Shown: in pieces, positions 29,501 to 42,600 of the stretch | Numbering within the stretch: the stretch's first letter is position 1 | How the letters are laid out: each line of letters begins with the position of its first letter | From: Bugula neritina | Lineage: Eukaryota; Animalia; Bryozoa | Length of the DNA stretch: 64,000 nt | Assembly: GCA_964035545.1 (NCBI GenBank) | Contig: OZ037765.1 | Location: forward strand, 23,001,504 to 23,065,503 | Direction of reading: 5' to 3' | The notes under the pieces: model-generated | The model's database searches: none | Told to the model about the DNA's origin: nothing | The model's input: only the letters and a program-made list of their open reading frames with translations | Made by a program: the position numbers and the translations under genes

Positions 29501-31097
29501 TCAATAAATAGCTAATTGCAAAAAAATTTTACTTAAAAAATTATTTAGCAATATTCGTAATCGTTATAGCTAGTATAAGCTGAGCTGAAAAACGTGTCGT
29601 TTTAGCTTTTTCTAATCAGGTTTTGTGAGCAAAAATAGTCTATTATTAATTGTTCAGCATTTATTTTTCTATTTCTACAAAGTAATTCTGCAAATTTAAA
29701 TACTCTTTGGATCTAAAACTTATTGGTTAGTTTAAAGTATGTTAGGGTGCCCCTGTTTAACACAAACAAATGCATGTAAAATAAGAGATTATCGTTGAAT
29801 ATTTTAATTTTTGACTATATGTATTATCACAGTCTGATTTGAATTGGACTTTCTAGACCAGTATATGCCTATAGCATTTCAAAACTTCCATCACACATAA
29901 ACCCTCTACCAATTTTTTTGGCATACCAAATAAGTTTAAAATATTTTGGTGTTCAAATGCTTTGTAATCAATGGTCTCTTTAGCCAAAACCCTGACTAGA
30001 AAATTTTTCCCAATAATGAGACTTCACATAAAAATTTACAGGCATATTTACTGAATTATATTCATGTCTAAGAATGTATGTGAACGTAAGTAATGTAAGT
30101 AGTAGCAAGAAACAGAATAAAAAATCAGTGAATCTTATTTTTAGTAACAACTTCAGAACTAAACTTATATGCTTAAATATCTTTTAAATTAAAAGTACTA
30201 CTATTAAATTTATGAATATGTGAATATTAAACTAATATTAAATGTCAATTTCATCACTTTCACTCCTTACACTACATTCTATAAGTAAAACTTAAAAGTT
30301 ATAGTCATAGGGATATTGATCGTTACATTTTTTAATTAGGTTCACGCTGATTTTTTTTTTTTTATCTAATTCTAATTGTAATTATTCAAAAATTAAAATA
30401 ACTCAAAATAATATTATTAATTTAAACTATTATAACTTTAATTTAAATTATTGTTAGTGAATGTTACTTTTACAACTTCGTGTTCACCTCTACTTCATCA
30501 TCATCATCATCATCATGATTATTATTATTATAATTATCATTTTCCTGATAACTATTCATATTGGTATTACTATTACTATTAGTATTAAATTAAATTACTA
30601 TTACTATTACTATTAGTATTAAACTTAAAGTACTAATAGTATTACTATTAGTATTAGTATTAAAGCGTAATAATAATTATTAATTACATTTACAAGCATA
30701 ATAAATATAATAGTTAAGTCAATATTTACAACTGTTTAATAAACTTAAAGTTTAATTTTAGTATTACTACAACTATTCAATAATTATTATAATAATACTA
30801 ATTTAGGTGTTTTAGTTTCAAACTCAAAGTTAAACTAAAATTCAAACAAAAAACCTAAACTTAAAAAAACTAAAAAGTGATAGAGTTAGATAACAAGATA
30901 AGTATGACTGTATACTGTATAGTGTATGAGCAATGCGCTTTTGATGCTAGCATGTGGCATTGCATACTATGATACTTGAAAAAAACTTTACTTTTATAAT
31001 TGATATTTAAATCAAAAGTAGCAATATTTTGAGTAGAAAAATATAGAAATAGCAGCAAAATGATAAAACAAAAAAATCATACCTGCTTCCTAGCCAT
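20522..31097 (-). CDS. SH3-PX-BAR sorting nexin (SNX9/18/33, SH3PX1-like), 583 aa, 16 exons
   Basis: Exons 31097-31083, 29440-29357, 29238-29056, 28738-28688, 28227-28060, 27681-27602, 27174-27084, 25316-25191, 25022-24908, 23785-23655, 23050-22947, 22814-22711, 22283-22129, 21716-21627, 21329-21123, 20569-20522. SH3 (ARALYDFEG...GDGWWE...GLIPKDYV), acidic DWDDDDW motif, PX (RRYKHFDWL...PPLPDKQ), WKRGKR, BAR (AEVNHF). Confidence 0.95.
20731..21027. repeat. 30-bp minisatellite, about 10 copies, in the last sorting-nexin intron
   Basis: Unit ggatatgaaggagttaggactgagagtgga; accounts for four overlapping repetitive ORFs. Confidence 0.97.
26840..27075. repeat. Low-complexity tagtaac/ctagt repeat
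   Basis: Degenerate 7-mer (tagtaac) runs adjacent to a sorting-nexin exon. Confidence 0.75.
30490..30870. repeat. Low-complexity TATTAC/TAGTAT tract in the first sorting-nexin intron
   Basis: ttactattactattagtatt runs plus (cat)n. Confidence 0.7.
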
Positions 31098-32682
31098 ATT
31101 TATTGGTGACATGAAAACAACCTTGATGCCTTCCGCTACATGAGTCATTCATCCTCGCACAGTTATCCAATCATAGCGGTAATATGAAAAGACAACTCTG
31201 TATATAAACTACATAAACGCAGGTAAGGCAACTCCTCTGGTATATTTCTACATTATAATAATTATATTTTATTGCAACTTGAAAATTATGTATAACTGTA
31301 TTTTCAATCGTTGCTGCAATTATAGTTTTTATAGTATAGTTGAAAATATAAGAGCTCAACATATCTTTGTCAAATACAGAGTATTTTGAACCACCATCAT
31401 TTGACTGCCCTGGATTGTAATATAATGCAAATCTCATGCAAAGATGCATTATATCAGAGTACATCAGAGTCTCAATCACTTTGCTGCACAGTAAATTTGT
31501 TTTGGAATTTGCTCTAGAGATCCCTAAAACTTCTCCATTGCTTCAATCAATTTTTAACTTATATATACAGTGTCTCACAATATATAGCTATATATGGCTA
31601 AAAATGTCACTAGCCCATGTAATGGGAAAATTCTTGTTATCATTTAATCCCATATAGTTTTTGATAATCAGAGAAGAAATTTTTTATTTTAGCTTCTGAA
31701 CCAAGCTTCAAAGTTGGGGATTTAATTTTTGCCAAAACCGGTCCCAGTTTCTTTCAGCTGCATTATTATACTTTTTGCGACGGAGCCTCATTTTTTGCTG
31801 TATATCAAGTAACTTTATAATGGCATAAGTTTATGCTACATTGTAATACATGATCTACTCCAATTAAATTTACATAATACCTATAACATGACATTAATAA
31901 TATAAACATAAAATTCCTACAAAAATTCAAGCAGTTGTTACAACACTTATAAAACTTGTCAAAATTGTATTTGTTACAGCCAACTTTTCTATAGTAGCTA
32001 ATTATAGTAAATGCTAAAATTTTAGAATATATTCAAAGGTTAAAATAGACAACATATTTAGAATATTAATGCAATGAGACTAAATATATATGTAGTTTAT
32101 TAAAGATATCTTCATTATACCTGTGTCAGTGTAGTAACATATTGTATCAACATTGTAGCTATATCAATTTTTCCGGACTTAGAAACTTAAACTATCTTGC
32201 ATTTTCACAAATATAAAAAAATCAAATTTACTTTCACCATTAATTCAGCACTATTAAAGATATCAATATATTGCAAAAATCATGACAAAAATTAGTCAGC
32301 TATAGTATCAATTAAATTGATACAACCAAGAAATTTATACCAAAAAGAATGGCCCTGCATAAAGATGCATTATAAGACTAGGCCACAAGTAAGATTTTTT
32401 CCTTTTAAATGTATAAAAAGGTCTATTTAAAAAGCAATATAACAAAACTTCTGAGTATATATAAATCTAAAAAATTTAGGTTTTTATTATTGTTATCTAA
32501 ATAGATAATTAAATTAGCAAAACAAAATATTCAAAAAATGTTCAATAATGAGTGATGACACAATGAGTGACACACCGATACCTTAATTGCGCGTTTACGT
32601 ATCATTTACAGAATGACAGTGTAATTATTGCTTCTACAAAATGTAAATCTGTTATGCAACTGTTAACTAAATAAATTTCAAT

Positions 32683-35482
32683 ATGTTCTCGCTTATACTG
32701 GTTTCTCTAATTATCCTGCTGGCATCCATTCTCATGGCAGCAAAGTTGTACCAGTAAGTAATAATATCTCTTTAACGAATATACTGTACAATTAGTATTT
32801 ACTGTAATTCTCTGTTATTATCATTTGACACTTTTATGCATAATTATGATGTTTTTGCATCAATTTGTTAAAATTTTCCTGTAATGGAATTAGGTGAATA
32901 TTTGCTTTAAGCATGATAATTATTTGTTACAGCAAATGGAAGGTGATTTTCTATGATTGTGTTGTACTTAGTCTCATCTTCAAAGAGTGTTTTTGGTTGC
33001 AAAATAGAGCTGTGAGCAGTCAGGGCAGGATTCAGAGGTAAGAAGAAGTTTTATACAGACATATTTCCTGTGAATAAAAAATTTGGAAATGTTGGTAGTT
33101 CAACAACTAAATATGATGTTTAAGACTTTAATTTATAAATATTGAGTGTTTTAATATTATAGTACAGCTGAATGGATCATCAATTATTCTTGAATACTAG
33201 TGTGTGTTTATTTAATGTTTTATAGCAGCAAAGATAAAGAGGAGAAAGGTTTAAAAAAGACGGAGGTTCTTTCAACTTATGCCCCTTTACATTCATGTGA
33301 TATCATACCAAACAATGTAACAGCTATTGTAAAGCTGAGTAAAAATCAGGTTCACAGACAATTAAATTCATGTAAAACCAGTCGAGCCAATACACAAATA
33401 TGTGCCAGAAATGCTAAAACAGAAAGCTGGACATGAAATGAGTGTGGTTGTGCCGGTGCCTGCTGGCACGGGAAGTCTACTTCCTACATGGCAGCTTATC
33501 CTCTCTCATTGGCCACAGATCATCTGATGCTAAAGTATATTGGAAGTCAGCCAAGAAGAGCAGCTCCTCTCTCCAATTCTCCAGTTACAGAGCCAATCAA
33601 GTTGGAGGATTTCATGAAAAAGTTTGAAGGTACTGGCACTCGCCCTAAAACTCACATGCTTCACCTTCATTCAGAAATTATTGTGCGTAAGTTCAAATAA
33701 TTACTCACTTATTCTGTTTCAGCTTGCTACATTTTTGTCTACAGTCACCTTATCCTCATTCTTTGAGTTATTAAATTAGATGTAAGTTTATGATGTCATT
33801 TTATATTATTTTCAACACAAGTCTCCAAATAGAGCTATTTGCATTGCAATGTTACAGCAAACTCTAAAATTGATCACTGCAAAACAATCAAGCCCACCAC
33901 AAGCCTATCTGGGCACCAAATGAAAGATTTGAGCAAGGAGAGAAGACAATTCTCTCAAAATAGAATGAACACATCGACACGACAAAATACTACACCCAGA
34001 CAAGTGGAGAAGTAAATGCAAAAGACACTCGCTTCAGTAGATAGAATGGAAATGAAATCCTTGCTACTTTCCTCTAAAAAATTAACTATGAATAAAGAAA
34101 TTACTGATTTCGATGGTACAGTATTCACTCATTTTGTTGAACAGTTTCTAACTTTTGCAAAGTAAGATTAATACTTTTGTTTTTATTGCAACAACAAAAA
34201 ACGTTCAATTCAAATTACCATTATTTCAATAGATGAGTTGAAGAAGGACATAGCTTCTCTCAAATGGGATATTGAGGAGTTGGCAGTCAAAAAGACAGAA
34301 GCTGATGATATTATTAAAAAGGCTGTTGAAAAAATCAGTGAAGTACCCCTAAAAGCACAAGAGGCCAATCAAAGAGCTGCCACTAAACCTCAAATATCAC
34401 ATGGTAAGAGAATATGCCAATACTTTTTATTATAAAAATTGAAAGCTATTAAATTACTATTTTCTTCAACTACGAATTTTTAATCATTAATTGTTCTCTT
34501 TACATATTGGTAGAGAAGGCAACAAATTTGTTAGTAAATATCTTGCAAAACTTTTACTTCATTCAAAATACTTGGTCACTTGGTCAAATATCAAATTGTT
34601 AAATCCTATATAATGATATACTTTATTGCATGAATAATTCAACAGTTATATAAATGACAACATTATAGTGTCTGTGATTCTGTAAGCTTGCAATGGTTTA
34701 GACAACATCTTAAATATTGCGTTAATTGCAAATTTTGATTCTTGCATAAGTTTTTATTAAATCATCAACTATTTTTATCCAAAAGTTGGCAATACTAATT
34801 GGCTGTACTAATATTGCAAATCTTTATTAGAAAGACAATTAAGTTGCATTCCCATTATAGAATGATCTATTAGCCAACTGGTAACAAATCTATTAGTCTT
34901 AAACTAACATGAAAAGCTTTAAGCTGAAACACATCTGATACATTTTGTAACAGAAACTTTAGTAGCTGGTGGAGACTCACTCAACCCTCCGTCTCCCAAC
35001 ATTGTTAGCTCATCAGTAAAGAAGATAAAACTCCCAACTTCTGTTAAAGTAACTAATGGAGTGCAAAATGGTAAGTATTCTTAAGTCAACCAAGTGTTTA
35101 TTATTAGTGGCTAGTGTTATATATGTTGAAGAGCAAACAACAGATAAAACTGAGCCCATCTCTAAAAACCACACATCTAATGTTTTAGAATTTTAAACAA
35201 ACAGCAACATTTCTCAAGAAAATAAAAAGCTGGTTTCTAATAAACAGGAGTGAGTTATACAAAAGATTAATGAGAATTTGTTTGTCAAAACTTTAAAGAA
35301 CCTCTAGCATTGTGAAGCAGCCAATAGAATATAACCAATAGAAACGGATAAAAATAATGCATCATGAGAAATGTTATATGTATTTTGTAGAGCTTAGAGC
35401 AGTTCAAGAACCAGCCACACACCAGAATCGCAGAAATCAAATCTTGAAGTTTTTCTGTTGCTGTGTTCAAAACAACGAATGA
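32683..35482 (+). pseudogene. Unrecognised 8-exon gene with two in-frame stops (pseudogene, null allele or recoded gene)
   Basis: Exons 32683-32753, 32933-33037, 33226-33686, 33858-34115, 34233-34403, 34954-35070, 35205-35249, 35391-35482 join in phase with GT-AG sites. Hydrophobic N-terminus MFSLILVSLIILLASILMAAK, coiled-coil-like exon 5, C-terminal FFCCCVQNNE*. In-frame TGA at 33434-33436 and TAA at 34013-34015. Confidence 0.6.
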
Positions 35483-38400
35483 GGTTAGAGCTCAATATAA
35501 ATATATTTCCTCAGAAATCTAAAATGAGCTGTTAGTTTATTCATATTTAGATTCTGTTAAATCTCATATCAGACTCTCATATAATAGCTATCAGTCACTT
35601 GTTCTGCTCTTTCTTGCTTTTCTTCTTATTCCATATTCAATTTATTCAGTTTCTTTTATGTTTCTGTAATTGTTATTATAGATCTTCTACATGAACCAAA
35701 CCATACCAACACTAGAATTATCTGATGTGTAAATGGATTGCTCAGTCAAGAAATGCTCATATGCATACCACATCTTCTCCAACCATTTTAATGGACTTTT
35801 CTTGATCGCTTTTTATATTTCATCATTCAACTGCTTCCAGACCAAAGCATGCAAATACTTTGCAGTGCTTACTTTATTGAAGTTCATGTAACCTGCTCTA
35901 ACTTTTGAAATTTTTTCTAAAGGATATTTCAAATTATTTTGCTTTTTTTAATTTTCTGAATCATTTACTTTATAGTCAATGTTGGCCATTATTAAATAGA
36001 TAGACTAGCTCATAATGCAATGGCTAATTGCAGAGTATGGTTATATAAGTTACTATAAAAACAATTTGAAATGACTAAAATGTCTACGTGTAAGTTTTTC
36101 AGCTCAAAAAATCTTATCAAATAAAATTTATAAAGTTTAATAGACTGGCACCTGAGCATTTATTTACCGTATTTACTATACATGCTGTTACATGTGTGTA
36201 TATTTGAAAACCAATTTACTATCTATAAATTATTCCTAAACAATTATTACAGAAACATAAGACACGTCTAATTCTAACAATTGTATGTATCTCCATGCCT
36301 CTACTCTAAACAGTTTAGTCAAACAGATTATAATGTTCTACCCACACCATTCATGCCTACATATCATACTCTACATTCCTTCCAAATTGTCTTTATCTAG
36401 AGTCATGTACTCTCTGCAAAAAAAGAGAAACTACTAATAACATGAACTGTCAGCTGGTTAGCATATCTAAAACTATTTTACTAAAAAAAGTAGTTATTGT
36501 GTTATAAATTCACAAACCAAATCATGATTATACTTCTAATAAACACAGTAAGTAGCCCGAAGTTCCAGTTAAGTATAGCTACTGTCTGAACCAATGGCGT
36601 AATGACTAATGCACTAGCTAATTAAAGTTCTGCTTGTAGTTACTTTATCTTAAGATGAAGTAATTACAAGCAAAACTTTAGCTTGTACTTTAGTTATAAA
36701 TACCTATTGTATCTTATGTCAAAGCTAATACACGTATTAGCTTTAACATAATTTATGGTGCACCAGACTCAAGTATTCGACATTGGGAGTTTTCCCCTCA
36801 TCAGCTTTTCAATTCTGTTTCACAGACTTTGTCTCACTATTAACAACTCCACACTTTGGTTAACCAGATTGCAGTACAAGCACCTTTTTCATCTCTTCTA
36901 TTTAAATAGATTTGTTTTTAAAGTTGAACTTTTTCCCTAAATTATACAATATGTACATGTTATGGCAGCTTTTAAATAAAAAGCACATTATCCAACATAT
37001 TGCGAAATGGTGCTTGATTTTATTCATCAACTATCAGTTTGATTGGAACTCGCTTATTCACTCTGTTTTGAGACATCCCAAGTATTTACTAAACTGTTGA
37101 ATTATTTTAGCATTAGTTTTACAGATCAGCTAAATGTTAGCAATTTGAGATTACTATATTAAGTTATAACCACCCGTATTTAAAAGTCAACTGTAGTGAT
37201 ATAAAATTTACAAATTTTCCATTGTAAATGAAGCAAAATATTTTTTCATACTTTACAAAATAGCATGGCACTCATGATTTTTTATTTTTAATGCTTTTAT
37301 TGGCAAACAGCAAAGAGTTTGTTTTATTTTATCCGCTGGAGTAAAACACTCTCTGCTGATTGAACAAATAATATCATCATATATCCAAAATAAGATTATT
37401 CTATCAAATAACATGCAAAATGTTAAAAACTAAGGCAAAAACATCATCATGTCATTTATAAAAGTGTCTAATGACTATGAGAGAGAAATAAACATTATTA
37501 TTATTGATGGAATATAAATTACTAATTAATACATATTCACTGTCAGAGGGTATAAATCATTTATTATTGAAAATGTTTCAAATATTTTGTTCTGTTCTTG
37601 CAAATATTCTATGACGCTATAAATCCCTAATAGTAAAATAAGCTTCTTACAATGTAGTTATCCTAAAGGGATTACTGTTTCATATATGTGGTTGTCAATG
37701 ATTAGGCGTATGCATAAATAAATAAATAAAAATGTGTGTATACACATTTTAAATGGTAGTTAGTGATATTTTAAACTGAACAAGGATATATCTTCTTTCT
37801 AAAATAATAGTATTATATTAGCATAACTACTAAAAAACTAATTTAATTTCACTGACAAATTTGAAGTTAATGTGTTGTAGGTATAGAGTGCAATGTTCTC
37901 ATCTTATATTTTCCCTGAAACACCCCATATATCCATTTTTGTTTTGTACCTTGGCATCTCATTTGTAGGGTATACTTTGTCTCTGTCTTATTTTCTCTCT
38001 ATCTCAGGTGTTTTAGGTCAATTGATTTCCAAATCTTGATTCACTTCATTGGCATAAAATCATCAAACTTTATATGAGTGTTTTTTATAATCACTTTTAG
38101 TAGCCATTTTAACACTTGAAAATTTTGCTATACCAAGTCTTTCTCTTAAATTGTTATTTCTAATAAATCATCATCTTTATGCAATTATTTGTAGATTACA
38201 ACTTTTTTGTAAATCCATTACTTATTTTATCTTAGTAGATAGACTGTTATAAATTTATGTTTGGCTGATCATATCTTGAAATCTTGAAAGCTATATTTAT
38301 TTACATAATATTATTATAGTCACTGACTTTATTTTTTTGTATACTCAGACTCTATTTCATCAGAATTATTTTTTTCCTTTTTATAAAATTTTATATTGTG

Positions 38401-38935
38401 TTATATTTTATTCGGTAGCAAAATGTTTAAGTTCATTTTTAGGGCAAATTTTTCTAGGTGAGTAATTAGCCTAAGAGACTAATTATTGCTAAATTTTCAT
38501 CCTACTATATATTCAAGAGTAAGAATTTTTTATAAATGGACTACCTTAACCACGTTGTAACTAATACCTAGGACTCTCAGATAAATTCAAGATGTGTACT
38601 GTCTGTAATGTTACTTCTGTCAAAATTTTGGCAGGAAAATTTTTAAAAAATTAGATTAATGCGCATGGTTTATAAGAAACTTTTCTTATACATAATTAGA
38701 GTATGTAATAATTGTTAAAATAATATGTTTTTGAATTCTGCATATGTTGCTTAGAGACTTTTTGTAGACACTTCTAGATTATGTAATATATGTTTGATGA
38801 GTTTCATTCAAAACGTTATAGAAATTTACCTAAAAACAGTTTTGGTGTTTGAATTTTGCAAAAAAATGTAATTTATTGTTGATTAAGAAAGTATAACAAA
38901 AAGAGTTATTTGTACTTTAAGTGAAATGTATAACT

Positions 38936-40761
38936 TTACAAATATGCTCGGAACTTTATTTCTGTTGTCTTCAGAGAATCATAATATCCCTTCCAGGTTT
39001 TCCAGTTCACACCATCAGCATAGGAGGTATGAGTACCATTCAAGTACTTGCCATTCAAATTAGAATAATGGCAAGTGCCATACCACCAAGCACCAAGAAA
39101 CCTAACTGCACAGGCAGTTCCGTAAACATCGTTGTCATGATCAGATGTTGAAAAATTGTATCCATTGTGATATGTAAAGCTGTCTCCTAAAATTTCAGCA
39201 TTATGTTTTATAATTTCATCGTTTTTGAACAAAAATTCACAATGCTCATTCAATGCACTAGTAGCCAGCATTTATTGCAAAAGTCATGAACATGTTATTC
39301 TGAAAATGACGTGCATTAGCATTAGGTATTTTGGTGGCTATTATTGGCAATATTTATACTTTCAATAGAAACCCACCTGCGGTCCCAGTATAGCCAGAAA
39401 CTGAGAGTGTATATTTAGTAGATTCATCACCAACATTGAAGCTGCTATATTTAGCATAGGCTTGTTCATTAGTAGTACTTTCAAGGTCAAACCTCAACTC
39501 ATTGTTGGTATTGACTTGTAGAGCAGCTACCAGCTTGTCATTTCCAAGCCAGAACTCTCTATTCAAATTACCAAATCCTAGTTTGTAATTGTACCAGTTT
39601 CTGTAGAAATCTACTGAACCATCCATTCTTCTTTGGAACACCTAAAACCATTTATTGAAAATGACTTGCTTTTGGGCAACTATAAATAATTAATCAAATC
39701 ATTTATAGAGAAAAAGTTGTTTTATGCTATATTTATATTTTAAGTTACTGCTTAGTATAACTGCTTGAAAAATGTGAGCCAAAAAGTATTTCTAAAATGT
39801 CAAATATAAAAAGATAAATATGTTATATTACAAATAATTATAATAATAGTTCATACAACAATCCAGCATATATCATTGTTTCTATAAACAACTCTAATAT
39901 ATGGAAGTTGATTACAATCAGTACAATGATACTCACAGTCCATCCACCTCCATCAGTTTTCTGGTCACAGAAGACATCAAATGAGTAGAGATCCTGTCCT
40001 GTAGGGTAGATCTTGTAAACACCACTAGTACCATTATAACCAAGACACAGCAGATCTAAGCATGTTTTGGGTTTACAAGAGGGTTTTGTCTTTATTCTCT
40101 CTAGACAATACTCTTCCACATCACCACACAGCTGTAAACACAATGTGCTACAATGTTGCAGCTGCAGAGAAGAATTATCTTCTAAGTTATTTTTTCTATT
40201 CAATTACTTTAAGGGTTGAAACATAATGTTTTTATCAACTACGTGTTAATATATAAAGCATGTTTTTGACAAGCAATAAAGTAAGACCATGCAGAAGTAT
40301 AATATATATAGTAAGGGTTATATAAGCACATCTTATATTCCTAAAGATATGCAATCACAGCAATGTTGTTTGTTAGTCTTTACAACAAGTATATGAATTT
40401 ATTATAGCAGTATATCTACTTTACAAAAAATTACCATGGTAACTTTCTTTTAAAGCTAAAATATCAAATATTATAATGAAAATTATAAAATTATTAACTT
40501 AAACGTTGAATTATATTTATTGATTTTATTTTACTTGGTGAACTAACGAAAAAATATTTGCTTATATAGCATATAAAATATAATCATTTATTAAAATATT
40601 TATTTAGTAAGTTTATTTGATATAAGAATTTGTTTAATATGATGATTTAATACTAGTAATTGGCTTATATCCTTTAGAGCACTCATTTAGAATAGTTCTG
40701 TAATACTTACTGCTTGAAAGGAAGCTGCTAACAAAAGTGTAAATTTAAGATATGCTTGCAT
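38936..40761 (-). CDS. Secreted fibrinogen-related domain protein (FReD lectin; ficolin/tachylectin/MFAP4-like), about 263 aa, 4 exons
   Basis: Exons 40761-40711 (signal-peptide-like [17 protein letters not shown]), 40161-39937, 39641-39377, 39186-38936. Motifs [67 protein letters not shown]. Confidence 0.95.
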
Positions 40762-40905
40762 CTTTCCAGGGAGCTTTATTGCAGTTAATTACAAATATAT
40801 AGCATTACAACACATACTGGAGTGTAGAATGCGGGAACTTTTCAGCTTTTATAACATTTCTTCCAGCCAATCAAATTCAAACATCTCTGTCATCGAAGAA
40901 CACAT

Positions 40906-41140
<235 letters not shown>

Positions 41141-41148
41141 AATCTGTG

Positions 41149-41180
41149 GACAGCAGCTGTTTCGGGATTTGTCCCCTCAT
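41149..41180 (-). ncRNA. 5'-truncated hammerhead ribozyme motif (second Penelope-like terminal-repeat fragment)
   Basis: Minus strand reads ATGA-G-GGGA-caaa-TCCC-GAAA-CAG-ctg-CTG-TC: stem II, GAAA, stem III and a GUC cleavage triplet are present; the CUG of the core is replaced by (TA)n. Confidence 0.6.
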
Positions 41181-41189
41181 ATATATATA

Positions 41190-42080
41190 GTTTCTATAAT
41201 TAAAAAATGAATCAAAAGAACTCAATATTTCGAAAAATAGAGTATTTATATTTGGTACTGATGTAATTTTGGATATAAAAATAAACTTATATATTCATTT
41301 TATCGACTGCAATATTGTTTCACGTAGTGCAAGGCTACAATCATCAGGTCGTTGCGTGTACGGTTGAGTGATTTTGTTTTGAAACTAACATTGTTTGAGT
41401 ATTGCTACGCTGGAATGTCTTAACTAGCGTCTGTTAAATACACAAGTAAAAATCTACGTTTATGTTTGCACGTGCTGGAAAGCTCTTTGCGTTTGTTGAG
41501 GGAGGATAATTCCGGTTGTTTTAAAATTACATATTTCTCATAGCTGCATAAGTTACATCTGTTGGTTAGGTTGAGTATGATTTACAAATTTTTAAAATAT
41601 TCCATTTTAGGCTGAATTTCGTGTTGTTGTCTTTTAAATTCCAGATGTGTCTGCTGAGTTGTGTGTTGTTGGCTTTATCTGCATGTAGGAAGGAGGCTTT
41701 ATGGTTATTGAATCTAGTTTTGAAGGTAGTTGAACAGAGTCCTATGCATGAATAGCTGGAATTATCGTCATGTCTTGTCACAGTTGCTTGGTATATTACG
41801 TCTTTGTATAAGCATTTACCATTTAATGGACAGTGGGAAGGTTGTCTACAGTTACATTGAGTGTCGTTTAGTATGGTAGCGGTAGTAGGGATGTGTGTAG
41901 TTTTAAGTTTGTGTTTGTTCGAGCCATCAATAATATTTTTCATGTTGGGCATGCATGAATAACTAATTTTTGTAATTTTCCAATTAAAAATTTCACTTAG
42001 TTGGTTGGATGGTGGAAAGCATTTGTCGATGATTTGAAGAAATTTTTTCCCTATTTTGGTTTTTACTGTTGAACTAAAAG

Positions 42081-42082
<2 letters not shown>
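41190..42082 (-). mobile_element. 5'-truncated Penelope-like retroelement: C-terminal GIY-YIG endonuclease region plus 3' terminal-repeat sequence
   Basis: PFSSTVKTKIGKKFL..IDKCFP, ISYSCMPN, CNCR..CPLNGKC, VIYQATV/SCIG, FKTRFNNH, LSRHIWNLK. After a frameshift near 41569 it continues RCNLCSYEK...LNKRKELSSTCKH to TAA at 41420-41422. Flanked by (TA)n on both sides. Confidence 0.9.
41304..41351 (-). ncRNA. Minimal type I hammerhead ribozyme motif of the Penelope-like element (variant cleavage triplet)
   Basis: Minus strand: CGAC-CTGATGA-t-TGTAG-ccttgca-CTACG-t-GAAA-CAATATTG-CA-GTCG, giving stems I and II and a palindromic stem III. Confidence 0.8.
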
Positions 42083-42118
<36 letters not shown>

Positions 42119-42119
42119 T

Positions 42120-42193
<74 letters not shown>

Positions 42194-42211
42194 TACACAT
42201 ATATATATATA
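42083..42211. repeat. (TA)n microsatellite
   Basis: Directly visible. Confidence 0.98.
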
Positions 42212-42339
42212 TGCATGTGCTGATAATTGCTAATGTTAGCCCAAAAGTCTCGTTTTCATGGCAGGTGTGTAGAGAATCTCATGATAAATTGTATTGAATA
42301 CAGCAAAGTCTTATATATTATATTGTTGCTGATAATCAA

Positions 42340-42600
42340 CTGATTTTAAAAAATTTATAATATTTTCCTACTTTTTTATATACTATCTGAGCTGTTAATA
42401 CTAAAGTTGTAAGAAAAGAATAACTGTTGCAACCCCAGGATATAGAACACATGCTGAATGAATCATTATTTTAAAAAATAAAAGCAAAAATTTAGAATAT
42501 GTTCCTACTTTCTTTTCTATACATAAACATACTATCTGAGCCGTTAATAATAATGTTATATAAAGCACAATCATTGTTGCAGCCACTGGAGATAGAATAC
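42340..42600. repeat. Diverged tandem duplication of about 150 bp
   Basis: tactatctgagc[t/c]gttaata...tgttgca...ga[t/g]atagaa occurs at ~42381-42450 and ~42530-42600. Confidence 0.7.

Noticed and set aside
33434-33436. Selenocysteine codon or alternative genetic code
   Set aside because: The same gene also has an in-frame TAA, I could not identify a SECIS, and neighbouring genes use TGA, TAA and TAG as normal stops; kept only as a minor alternative.
35132-35390. Longer versions of orphan-gene exons 7 and 8 with extra in-frame stops
   Set aside because: Better acceptors at 35204 and 35390 give stop-free, in-phase exons.
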